A DNA stretch of 64,000 bases from a virus (IMGVR_UViG_3300028048_000080:60581-124580), one strand, 5' to 3'; numbered from the stretch's first letter, positions 28,559 to 37,640 are shown. Notes: generated by a model from the sequence alone, not told the origin. Numbers and translations: made by a program.

Positions 28559-30601
28559 ATGAAAAAGAATCGTTATTTAACCGACGTCAACGCTGTTGTG
28601 GAGATGGCTCGCGCCCATAAGCGCGTAGTCATTTCTAATCAGCAGGATTTTCAGGCGGTTACTCACCGTCTGACATCAAAGGCTGGTAAAATGTTCAGCG
28701 TTATGTCGCTGAATTATAACCAGTCTACCGGTTGGTTCTCGCCGATGGCGGTGAAAGTTCCGGTTTCACTGGAAACGGCGGAGCTGGAAGGTACGGTGCG
28801 CGCCGAAAACGCGCACATCAATAGCATCACTATGATGCCTATTGAACGATTCTCTCGGGCATACATTAATGTATGCTGCGGCGACAATCCGGACCTTTTA
28901 GACTTGCTGTTGCTCGACGGCAAGATTTATTGCGTCCTGAAAGTGGGCGCCAATGGGAAGAACGTGAAAGAATCGTTCTTCGTTCAGAGCGAAAAGGAAG
29001 GCGTTGCTCTGAATATCACCAATGGCAAGGAATGCCCGTTCACCGCCTTCGATAGGGAAGACGTACACGTACATGTGTACGGGCTTCTCGGGGTGTCTTC
29101 TCCCGGCCAGCAGAAACAGGGGGAAATCTCGCTTTATTGCGAGAATCTGGATGGTTTTGATGCCGTAGACCATCTGGACAACATGACTCACGGCATGTAT
29201 CGGCTTATCGCCAAGCATTATGCTGGGCAGCATGATAAGCTGAAAACCCTGGCACAGATTTCGACCCGTATCAGCCAGTTTAAAGCTGGCATGGTTCGGA
29301 CGAAACCTATCCAGGGTATTGCCATCTCTATGTTCAAAGTCAAGGATGTCCTTGACAATGAATGGATGGATGGTCTGCAGCTGTTCTCGGCCGAAGGTGT
29401 TGCCCGCGCTTTCAGCGACGATCAGTTTACGGTACTTCCGAGTGCCGTGGACGGAGCTGCCGCACAAGCTAGACCTCTTATCGTGAACAAAGGTTTGGGT
29501 TTGTGCATGCCGACTCAGTGCATCTTAACCATCTTAAGAGCGCTGGGGTGTGAGTTTGAATTCCTTGCTCAGGATGAACTCACGGATGAACAGTTTAAGA
29601 GCTACCAAAAGGCAGTTCTTAAAAAGTCCGGCGACTACAAGGGCAAAACGCTGGTTATTCTTCCGACTTTCAAGAAGGAAGATGGCAGCATTATGAGCGA
29701 CGAAGAGAAACTCATGCATATCGATGCGTGGGTGGATCTGAACGTACACAAAACTGTGTGCGATATTCGCCGCCCATTCACGGGATTCAATGTCATGGGC
29801 TTTGACCATGGCAAGAAAACCGTGGAGGAGGAAGCCAATACCTCCAATCAGTTATTGGCATCTGCGCTGTACGCTGATACTCCGCGTACTCTTGAGTATA
29901 TGCTCAATTGCACGAAGAAAGAGGCAGACAGCATTATGGCTAATGCCGTCCGCATGGATGGCCGGCGCCTGACAGCTAAAGACCTCTTAGGGGATTTGGC
30001 TATGGCTTCGCAGACAGCTTATCCAGAATTTGCCGTGCGCCATTGGGCGCCGTACTTCCAGGATAATCTGAATAAGGCCCTGGAAGGATTCGGTACGCGT
30101 CTTGAGAAACTGTCAGTTTCCACTGACGGTATCTATCTTAAGATTATTCCGGATCTTAGCCATTTCTTCGGTATCAACCTTCTCCAGTACGATGCCGAAG
30201 AGGGGGTATGCGAAGTGTTAGCACCGCAGCTTTCGAAAGAAGGCAAACGGCGCGCAATCGCTATCAAATACCCGAAGATGGCGACGGACGAATTCGCCAA
30301 GATTATTCCGGTTGCTCCGGAAGACTTGGTAGAACGTGCTCGCTACCATCTGGAGAATGGGGAAATCACCGAGGAACAGTTCGATGTACTGCAGCATCTG
30401 TTCTATATGCTTCATGACGGTATCATCATGGTGCCGGCTATCGAAGAATTGAAGAATATGCTTGCGGGCATGGACTTCGATGGTGATGCGCTTGTTGCTT
30501 ATTGTGATGAGACTTTGGTCGACATCATTTGGGCAATCAAACCCGTGGCAACTACTATTATGAAGGATAAAGACTTCGCCGTCTTTCAAGCTTCAAATTA
30601 A
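28559..30601 (+). CDS. Two-barrel RNA polymerase, cellular-RdRP/YonO-like, catalytic (N-terminal) part
   Basis: AGMDFDGDALVAYCD (DxDGD at 30473-30487). Upstream motifs in RdRP order: SSPGQQK, TRISQF, MDG, AQAR...KG, SNQ, IIPD, KYP. Confidence 0.85.
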   Translation: MKKNRYLTDVNAVVEMARAHKRVVISNQQDFQAVTHRLTSKAGKMFSVMSLNYNQSTGWFSPMAVKVPVSLETAELEGTVRAENAHINSITMMPIERFSRAYINVCCGDNPDLLDLLLLDGKIYCVLKVGANGKNVKESFFVQSEKEGVALNITNGKECPFTAFDREDVHVHVYGLLGVSSPGQQKQGEISLYCENLDGFDAVDHLDNMTHGMYRLIAKHYAGQHDKLKTLAQISTRISQFKAGMVRTKPIQGIAISMFKVKDVLDNEWMDGLQLFSAEGVARAFSDDQFTVLPSAVDGAAAQARPLIVNKGLGLCMPTQCILTILRALGCEFEFLAQDELTDEQFKSYQKAVLKKSGDYKGKTLVILPTFKKEDGSIMSDEEKLMHIDAWVDLNVHKTVCDIRRPFTGFNVMGFDHGKKTVEEEANTSNQLLASALYADTPRTLEYMLNCTKKEADSIMANAVRMDGRRLTAKDLLGDLAMASQTAYPEFAVRHWAPYFQDNLNKALEGFGTRLEKLSVSTDGIYLKIIPDLSHFFGINLLQYDAEEGVCEVLAPQLSKEGKRRAIAIKYPKMATDEFAKIIPVAPEDLVERARYHLENGEITEEQFDVLQHLFYMLHDGIIMVPAIEELKNMLAGMDFDGDALVAYCDETLVDIIWAIKPVATTIMKDKDFAVFQASN

Positions 30602-30669
30602 GTTGTCAATGCCGTATGTACAGAAAGCCCCCGATTATGCGGGGGCTAATTGTTTAGGAGGAGTCTATT

Positions 30670-32856
30670 ATGGAAAAGAAAGTTATCAATGCCCTGAATG
30701 CTATCGTTACCGGCAAAAACTACCCCATCGATGAACGGGTAGTTTGGACGTATTTCTATACGTACCAGAAAAAACAGATTGACCCGGTTGGGATGGTTAC
30801 GAAAGATTTCTGGCCATTTCAAGCCATTATGTACGCTGTTGATATGTACAAGATGGTGCAGAGCTGGGAAGAGTCCCCGGCAAAGACGGCTTGGCTCAAA
30901 GAGTTGAGCATGTCTTTGGACATCGCTTTTAAGTGGCTCAGAAATGAGCTGCTCGTCGGTACGGAATACACTGACAAGAAAAGCAATTACAAAGTATTCC
31001 GCGCACCCATCTCCGAGAAAGAGATGACCGGCGCTCCGAAAGTGAGCGCCATCTGCGTACGCGCTGGCCGCAAGGCCATTAACCGTGCGCGCAAAATGTT
31101 CTTTGCGCCGCTGAGCCAGCAGGAAATGGCTAAGAGCCATGAGCTTAGCGAAGAAGAACTCCTGACCTTGGATAATGTCATGGCATTCTGCAAGGTCATG
31201 GAAAAAGTGGGTCGTATGAGCCAGGAAGGCACTATCGACTCCACCAAGAGCGGTGACGCTCCGAAAATCCTGCAGTACGTCGTCAAGACGGAAGCAGGGA
31301 AGAACGGACTCCGTGAGGTAACCCTTATGGAGGCTCTTAGCCGTGTCAGCTTGCTTAGCCGTAAATCCGAGAAGTTTGGCGTACAGCTGAACTTCGAAGC
31401 AGGCGAAGTCGAGGTTAATCATAATAAACGTATCTCTTATCAGGAGAAGAAACGTTACGTGATTGCCGATATGTTGGATAAAATCCGCATTAACGGCCTC
31501 GACAACGCTATTCCGGCCGATGTATCGGAGAAGGTATTCGCCGTAAAGCAGGCACTCTCCGATGAGCAGATGGCGATCTGCAGCCGTCTTGCTGAACAAG
31601 GTGTATACGCAGACGCTATTCGTGTTCTTATGAACATTTATCGCAACCTGCGTGATACCCAGAAAGCAGATATGCGTCAGGCAATCAAGGATGCCGGCAA
31701 GAATGAGGAAGCTCAGAAAGCCGGTATTGCCGTAGCCAAGGAACAGACCAAGGTAGCGTACAATGCGCTGTCCAATACGGTGCGTTCCCTGGTGAAAGGT
31801 ATGAGCCATGAACAGCTCATTCAGCTCGTACTTGGAGTAACGTTCAAGTATATGGGCAAGGACGCAAAACGTCCGAGCTCTTTCGCCGGGATTATCCTGG
31901 CCGAGGAGTTCTTCGAATACATCATGAGCTTGTATTCGGAAAACGAGGAATTCGCACTTACCCGCGATGAACTCGCTGCGTGCGACGCAGAGGACGGAGA
32001 AGTGGTAGAGTTTGTCGGCGGCGTAGTACCTGGTCGTGCTATCTTCTCTCAGGAGAGAAACGCTATCCCCGATGGCGTGTACACCGTTCGTAAGAATGGC
32101 AAACATGCTTGGGTAGAGGCCAGTGTACGTGATCGTATCGAAGCTCGTTTAAACGATGCTTATAATCCGGAAGAACTCATCTTCCAGACTGGTACGATTG
32201 CCACCGAGAAAGAAGCCGATGCTCTGCTGGATGCTATTAACGGCGCCAACGAGGTAGTTCTCGCTTCTCGGATGCATAATCCGAATGGTGGCAAAGATCT
32301 CTTCGACGTAGTTTTAGCTGACGGCAAAGCTGTCGCTCATTATCAGACCAAGGTGAAGAACATGGTCAAGAACGATAAGGGCGAATTGGTAGCCAACAAG
32401 GTCAACGGCAAAGACGATTATACGATTTCGCAGGCTCTTCGTAAGTTCTACTCCGGTAAAACTGGCGAGGTTGCGTTCGCGCATAAGCTGTCTTTCGGCG
32501 AAGGCAATAAGACTCAGTATGCCGTCATCGTAGTACTGAAAGGTACTAAGCAGATGCGCGCCAATGCTGTAGTTAAAGCTGCCGCCGAAGCCGTTGTTAG
32601 CGCCGATTTCGGAGTAGAGAAGAAAGCTGCTCCTAAAGCGTCCGTTAATAGCCGTCTTGCCGCTCTTAAGGCAAAGGCTGCGGACAGTGAAAAGGAAGAA
32701 GCTCCTGCTCAGCCCGAAGAAGCAGAAGAAGCTCCTCAGCTTACCTTAATGCAGCGCCTGATGGCGAAACGCAACAAGGTAGCCGAGAAGCCCGTTACTG
32801 ATAAGAAGCCCAGCCGACTCGCTCGCCTGCGCAAAGCTGGTGCTGACATTCAGTAA
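30670..32856 (+). CDS. Probable C-terminal part/second subunit of the RdRP/YonO-like RNA polymerase
   Basis: PVGMVT and SQEGTIDSTKSG match the G-x-I-x-N and (A/T)(V/I)D-x-x-K-x-G motifs that follow DxDGD in this family; own AGGAGG RBS. Confidence 0.7.
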   Translation: MEKKVINALNAIVTGKNYPIDERVVWTYFYTYQKKQIDPVGMVTKDFWPFQAIMYAVDMYKMVQSWEESPAKTAWLKELSMSLDIAFKWLRNELLVGTEYTDKKSNYKVFRAPISEKEMTGAPKVSAICVRAGRKAINRARKMFFAPLSQQEMAKSHELSEEELLTLDNVMAFCKVMEKVGRMSQEGTIDSTKSGDAPKILQYVVKTEAGKNGLREVTLMEALSRVSLLSRKSEKFGVQLNFEAGEVEVNHNKRISYQEKKRYVIADMLDKIRINGLDNAIPADVSEKVFAVKQALSDEQMAICSRLAEQGVYADAIRVLMNIYRNLRDTQKADMRQAIKDAGKNEEAQKAGIAVAKEQTKVAYNALSNTVRSLVKGMSHEQLIQLVLGVTFKYMGKDAKRPSSFAGIILAEEFFEYIMSLYSENEEFALTRDELAACDAEDGEVVEFVGGVVPGRAIFSQERNAIPDGVYTVRKNGKHAWVEASVRDRIEARLNDAYNPEELIFQTGTIATEKEADALLDAINGANEVVLASRMHNPNGGKDLFDVVLADGKAVAHYQTKVKNMVKNDKGELVANKVNGKDDYTISQALRKFYSGKTGEVAFAHKLSFGEGNKTQYAVIVVLKGTKQMRANAVVKAAAEAVVSADFGVEKKAAPKASVNSRLAALKAKAADSEKEEAPAQPEEAEEAPQLTLMQRLMAKRNKVAEKPVTDKKPSRLARLRKAGADIQ

Positions 32857-32932
32857 TATCATTATATGCCCTGGCAGACGGCCTGTAAATAGTCTGCCTT
32901 ATTTTTATGTCTATTTTTAGGAGGTATTTTAT

Positions 32933-33190
32933 ATGCTCAAATTCGATAAAGAAGGTTCACCTATGTGGATCTGGAAATTTCGTCTCTTGATAGACGAAAA
33001 GCCTTATGAAGCGCTCATACATTCTTTTAGCCGAGAAGGAGCGATCAAAAGGCTTAACATAATTGCCCGCAAAGGCGAATTACATGCACATTATATCAGA
33101 GATATTCAAGATGTGCAAGTGGAAGATGATTTATATGACGATACCAATCCGGCGCACAAGGAATATCTTGTACGCTTTTTTGCTTATTGA
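32933..33190 (+). CDS. Hypothetical protein
   Basis: AGGAGGT RBS. Confidence 0.7.
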   Translation: MLKFDKEGSPMWIWKFRLLIDEKPYEALIHSFSREGAIKRLNIIARKGELHAHYIRDIQDVQVEDDLYDDTNPAHKEYLVRFFAY

Positions 33191-33208
33191 GATTAGGAGG
33201 AAAAGAAA

Positions 33209-34600
33209 ATGAAAATAACAGAGTTAGAACTCATCGCCAGTGTGTGCGACGACTATGAATACGATACTATGTCATCCAATGAAGGCATGTGGTGCTTGGA
33301 TGTATATAAATACGACAAGGCGCCGCATGGAACCATTGCGTTTTATTCGGATGATAATATCCGATACGGGCTGACCTTCGACTATACGTTTGACGACGTA
33401 ACAAAGCTCCTGCAAGTTATGCAGGAGATGAAGGAAAAAGATGATTACCATGATGTGCAGTTCCCATTTGATGAACATGGTATCGATTTGGACGACTTTG
33501 AGTGGGTACCCATGCCCGCAAGATGCAAGGGACGGCATATCAATGCTGAAGAAGTCGAAGAAGTGAAGGTTGAAGAGTTGAAGGAAATCGCTATGAAAAC
33601 TATGACTATTGCTAACCAGAATAAAATTGCTGCCGCTATCAACAATGTTACTGCTAAAGCTGAGGAGGAAAAAGCCATGAAGAAGAATAATCGTTACGTT
33701 GTTGCTATGGTAATTGGTTCTGTCGTAAACATGACGCAGATTAACGCCGTTAAAACTTGGCTGACTAAGAACGCTAAAGCCAGCGTGGATATCATCGTTA
33801 GCGGCAATCCCATTCGCGTACAGAAGCTTGGCTGCGTCATTAACGAATTAAAGACTCCTATCCGCATGATTGGTTGCGGCGTAAAGAATAATGACATTTT
33901 TGCTTATACACATCAGGATGAACATCCTTGCGTATGGGCCATTAACCATAGTGACGTAGTGTTCACCATCGGCGATGGTATGGTAGTTACCGAAGCTAAA
34001 AAGTATGCCTTTAAGACCAACCGTAGCTACTATAGCTATGGCCGTCAATTCGTAGAATCCATTTGCAAGGGCCATTACGATAAAGCCGTTATTACGCGCG
34101 CCGATATCGTAACCACCAACGAGGCAAAGGCTATTAAGGCTGAAGAAGTCAAAGTTGTCGCCAAGCCCAAGGTAGACCTCATCGCCGTAGCCAAGGCCGA
34201 GATGGATGCCGCAAAGAAAGTGTATGATGCCGCCAAAGCTAAGTACGACAAGCTGGTAGCTGAATCCAAACCGGTAGCTAAGAAAGAGGTTGTCGGCCGC
34301 GGCAAAGAACTCTTCGTCGACGTTGAGCTCAGCTCCAATATGGGTGATATTACGAAGTCCTTTACGGAAGAGCAGAAGAAAGCCGAAGAAGAAGCGGTTG
34401 ATGAAGTCGTAGAAGCTTTTATGGCTAAAGAAGAATCCATGGCAGAACCTGTTAAAGCCGACTTCACCTTCGAAGGTAAGGGTTACAACGTGATAGTCAA
34501 AGAAGCTTTTGATGTAGAACTCTTTAACAGCTGTGATGCCGAGACTCAGAAGATGGTTATCGAAGAGTCTATGGCAGCGGGCCATATCGTAGCCGCATAA
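33209..34600 (+). CDS. Multi-domain hypothetical protein with possible SLOG-like domain
   Basis: RBS; internal in-frame RBS and ATG at 33677; NHSDVVFTIGDG...AKKYAFK. Confidence 0.65.
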   Translation: MKITELELIASVCDDYEYDTMSSNEGMWCLDVYKYDKAPHGTIAFYSDDNIRYGLTFDYTFDDVTKLLQVMQEMKEKDDYHDVQFPFDEHGIDLDDFEWVPMPARCKGRHINAEEVEEVKVEELKEIAMKTMTIANQNKIAAAINNVTAKAEEEKAMKKNNRYVVAMVIGSVVNMTQINAVKTWLTKNAKASVDIIVSGNPIRVQKLGCVINELKTPIRMIGCGVKNNDIFAYTHQDEHPCVWAINHSDVVFTIGDGMVVTEAKKYAFKTNRSYYSYGRQFVESICKGHYDKAVITRADIVTTNEAKAIKAEEVKVVAKPKVDLIAVAKAEMDAAKKVYDAAKAKYDKLVAESKPVAKKEVVGRGKELFVDVELSSNMGDITKSFTEEQKKAEEEAVDEVVEAFMAKEESMAEPVKADFTFEGKGYNVIVKEAFDVELFNSCDAETQKMVIEESMAAGHIVAA

Positions 34601-34656
34601 GATAATAGATAAGAGGGGCGCGCATGACGCCCCTCGTTATATTTAGGAGGTAAATT

Positions 34657-35169
34657 ATGAACAAGGATTTATCTGTTCGCCAGCTCAATGCTTTTAAGGT
34701 TGGCGCATGCAAGCTGGGCATGCGCACGAGTTCTGATTACGTCAGAACTATTGGCGCATTCTTTGACGATTACAAGTTAAAAGAGTGCGAATATGACGGC
34801 AAGCTCTGGGAGATCATTGTGATGTTTGTGTTGGGAGTGTTCAAGGCATCCATGAAAGAACGTGGCATAAATTTCTGGATAGTCGTTGATTCCAGCTTGG
34901 ATATCGCCCAGATTGACCTGGAAATAAATCACCGTCCGATACAGCTGAAGTATGATTTTTCAGCGTTAGCCATTACCGCCATACAGGATGTTCTGTCTTG
35001 TAGCGGCATCACCGTTGTAGGAGCCAAGAAAGGAGATGACCCAATAGATATTTTTCGCGACATACTAAAAGCGGCCGGACTCTCCGAAGAGGAGATCGAC
35101 CGCGAGATTGATATTAATCCTGGTTTTGACGCCGCCTGTGAAGTGTGGGATTGGTTCACAGGCAATTAA
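34657..35169 (+). CDS. Possible PD-(D/E)xK nuclease-fold protein
   Basis: GKLWE...LDIAQIDLEINHRPIQLK. Confidence 0.45.
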   Translation: MNKDLSVRQLNAFKVGACKLGMRTSSDYVRTIGAFFDDYKLKECEYDGKLWEIIVMFVLGVFKASMKERGINFWIVVDSSLDIAQIDLEINHRPIQLKYDFSALAITAIQDVLSCSGITVVGAKKGDDPIDIFRDILKAAGLSEEEIDREIDINPGFDAACEVWDWFTGN

Positions 35170-35172
35170 TGA

Positions 35173-35424
35173 TTACCAGGTGTGTTTTTTGACGGGAGCA
35201 CTATTTAATGCCCGTAGCACGCTATCCCTAGTAGGAGCAGATTCCTTACCGTTGCACAGCACGATGTCCCATCCTTCGCTGCATGAAGTTCCTGGCTGAA
35301 CTGCTAAGATTTCCTGATAGATCTCTTCCACGAGATTAAAGACGGACTGTTCCTTCGTCTTGTAAGCATTAAATGCGCTTACGCATTTGGGAGTAATGGC
35401 GGCGGCAAATTCATCGGTAAACAT
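35173..35424 (-). CDS. Lone antisense-oriented hypothetical protein (83 aa)
   Basis: AAGGA RBS before ATG 35424; has its own promoter. Confidence 0.65.
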   Translation of the reverse strand: MFTDEFAAAITPKCVSAFNAYKTKEQSVFNLVEEIYQEILAVQPGTSCSEGWDIVLCNGKESAPTRDSVLRALNSAPVKKHTW

Positions 35425-35457
35425 CAGGCATTCCTTCTTTCTCTTAATTGTAACTAC

Positions 35458-35486
35458 ATTGTAACACATATAGTTGATTAAGTCAA
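35458..35486 (-). promoter_or_regulatory. sigmaA-type promoter for the lone minus-strand gene
   Basis: TTGACT-17bp-TACAAT, with TG immediately upstream of the -10 (extended -10). Confidence 0.7.
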
Positions 35487-35520
35487 GAGAAAGTTTCCCC
35501 TACGGGGTTACCGTCCCTGC

Positions 35521-35709
35521 TCACATCCTACCCTTGTCGTCCATGCCCTCAACTCATCATACCTACCAACAAACTCACTTACTACTCACTCATCATTCGT
35601 CGCACAGCTCATCATATCCACTCATAAACTTACTATCTACTTACTCACCATACGTCGTCCTACTTCCTACTTCCAACATACTACCTACTCATTCCTACTA
35701 TCTACCTTC
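35521..35709 (+). repeat. G-depleted CTAC/CATC low-complexity tract 1
   Basis: About 8 G in about 189 nt; shares words with 39767-39881. Confidence 0.85.
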
Positions 35710-35718
35710 GTCGTATAT

Positions 35719-35980
35719 ATACGCCCGTTGATAGCGGAGGCATTCGTACCTCTTATTGGCAGTATCCATTTAGGAATACCTACGGTGCAAGTTAGTACCG
35801 TTTATTTGGATACTTCTAATCTTACGTCGTACGATAAGCCCTTTGGTAGCGGAGGTGGCTGTTAAGCAGTTACTTTCGCTACCAAACCGTCACTACGCAG
35901 TAGGTACTACCATCCACATCATTGGGTGGTTATAGGTAATACCTACCTTCGTCGTACGGATAAACCCCTTAATAGCGGGG
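35719..35980 (+). promoter_or_regulatory. Three copies of a 21-bp motif ATAMRCCCNTTNRTAGSGGRG (candidate phage-RNAP promoter or RNA repeat)
   Basis: Copies at 35719, 35834 and 35960, each preceded by CGTCGTA; a fourth at 39867. Confidence 0.55.
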
Positions 35981-36063
35981 AAACAGGTAATACCCGCAAA
36001 TCAAGTTCATGTGTATTGGCTGTCAACAGAAAGAGACAGCCAGGAAGGAAAAGGTGAATCACT

Positions 36064-36879
36064 ATGGCTAACACGGTATTTGTAAACGAACGTAACTACG
36101 ATGTAGCAATCATCGGCGCTACCGACACGAAAGGTCACGGCCGTCTGGGCTGGATTAACAATGAGGCCGGCGAGATGGTATTGGCTAAGAAGGAGTTTAC
36201 CTTCGAGGCAGGTCAGAACAACGAGCATCAGGCCGCTTGCGCTACTCTTGCCGCCGAGAAATTGGTAGGCATGGTCAGCTCGGGCGCCGTAAAAGAAGGC
36301 ACCAACGTACTGCTGGTACTGCCCGACTCCTTGGCACCGCGTTTCTTCGAAGCCCGTAAAGTCATGAATCAGCATGACCTCAGCTCCGATGACGCAATCG
36401 AGGCTGCCGTCGATGACGTTATCAGCACTATCAGCAAAGACTGGATGTCCGAGTATTGGCTCAATGCTTTGGCTGATTTGGCTTGCGCTTACGGCGCTGC
36501 TCTCGGAGCTGGAGCCAATGTCGGCGCCGTAAAGAAGAGTGAGATTTATGAGCGCGAGCTCGTAAGCACTCTCGATGGCGGTGCTATGGCTGAAGATGAG
36601 GCTATTAAAGAAGGCGCCAAAATCACCGTCGACAAAGACGGCAACATCGCCGAGACTGAACTCTACAAAGCTCAGTATCTCCGCGCTGGTACGTACACGG
36701 TCATTGACCGTAGCTACGATACCAAGAAAGGCAAGGTATTGTCTTTCAGCGTTAACCGTTGGGAAGCTATGGACGAGAAGTTCATTCCTAACGCCGTCGC
36801 CAACCTGATGGACCTCAACAAGGCTGTCAGCGACGCATTGCCGAAGGCTAAGCGCCTTACGGTCAGTGCCGAAGCATAA
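36064..36879 (+). CDS. Hypothetical protein (271 aa), weak RNase H-like pattern
   Basis: AAGGTG RBS; QNNEHQA...LLVLPDS. Confidence 0.75.
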   Translation: MANTVFVNERNYDVAIIGATDTKGHGRLGWINNEAGEMVLAKKEFTFEAGQNNEHQAACATLAAEKLVGMVSSGAVKEGTNVLLVLPDSLAPRFFEARKVMNQHDLSSDDAIEAAVDDVISTISKDWMSEYWLNALADLACAYGAALGAGANVGAVKKSEIYERELVSTLDGGAMAEDEAIKEGAKITVDKDGNIAETELYKAQYLRAGTYTVIDRSYDTKKGKVLSFSVNRWEAMDEKFIPNAVANLMDLNKAVSDALPKAKRLTVSAEA

Positions 36880-36954
36880 GAAGTTAAGGGAGCGCTCCTC
36901 GTAGGGGCGCTCCCGTTATAAGTTAATTCGTGAATTACAAAGGAGAAGATAGAT

Positions 36955-37290
36955 ATGTTTGACGCAAAATTAAGTGTAGAAGACCAGGCTAAAATCGCTC
37001 GTGTATCGGGTTCTTTCTTAGCTGGATTGTGCCGTGGTACGGCTACTGCCCTGAAGGGCACGGGCTTCGTGCTGGATAAGTCTACCTCTATCACGGGTAG
37101 TGCGCTGCACGCTATCGCCAACGGTATCGAAACTGCCGGCGCTGTCAGCTCGGGTGCCTGCTATGCCGGAGCCAAGTACATGGAAGACAAGGCTGAAGGC
37201 TATGACCTCTCGGATATCACCGATGAGCAGCTCAAAGCAGCTTTGGCAGCAGAACAGGAAGAAATCGTCGTTGAAGGTCAGCCGGCTTAA
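36955..37290 (+). CDS. Ala/Gly-rich hypothetical protein
   Basis: AAGGAG RBS. Confidence 0.75.
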   Translation: MFDAKLSVEDQAKIARVSGSFLAGLCRGTATALKGTGFVLDKSTSITGSALHAIANGIETAGAVSSGACYAGAKYMEDKAEGYDLSDITDEQLKAALAAEQEEIVVEGQPA

Positions 37291-37323
37291 CAGCTCGGCT
37301 TACACAGGAAAGGAAGTCAAGTC

Positions 37324-37545
37324 ATGAAAGTTGGAATGGATTGTCATAAAGATTATTCTCATATCATGGGCAACTCCCAGAATATCTCTCATGGTGACGT
37401 AACGTTGGTAATCAACGGCGTTACTATCGAGATACCTATCGGCTTCTACACTAAGAAAGGGCATTTACGGAAGAAGTATATGTCCGTGGTGGCAGAAGCT
37501 ATTCTCCAGGCGCGCGGCAAACGTCGCGTAGTCATCGCTGCTTAA
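37324..37545 (+). CDS. Small basic hypothetical protein
   Basis: AAAGGA RBS; ends before a terminator. Confidence 0.7.
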   Translation: MKVGMDCHKDYSHIMGNSQNISHGDVTLVINGVTIEIPIGFYTKKGHLRKKYMSVVAEAILQARGKRRVVIAA

Positions 37546-37593
37546 TCCATGAAAGTTCTTACTACCTAAGTTACCTCCTAAATATATATAGAT

Positions 37594-37640
37594 AATGGGC
37601 TGTCATCCTGCTTCGGCGGGATACAGCCCATTCTTTTTTC
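37594..37640 (+). terminator. Intrinsic terminator
   Basis: aatgggctgt/acagcccatt stem enclosing a cTTCGg loop hairpin, followed by cttttttc. Confidence 0.85.

Noticed and set aside
28559-30601. Calling this rpoC (beta-prime)
   Set aside because: The motif is GMDFDGD near the C-terminus with RdRP-type upstream motifs, not NADFDGD in a beta-prime context.
30646-32106. 486-aa minus-strand ORF
   Set aside because: Antisense shadow of the second polymerase ORF.
35474-35731. 85-aa His/Ser/Thr/Leu-rich ORF
   Set aside because: By-product of the G-poor tract (few TAG/TGA possible); TTG start without RBS.
35700-35990. CRISPR array interpretation of the repeats
   Set aside because: Repeats are degenerate, spacers are 80-100 bp and self-structured, and there are no cas genes in the window.
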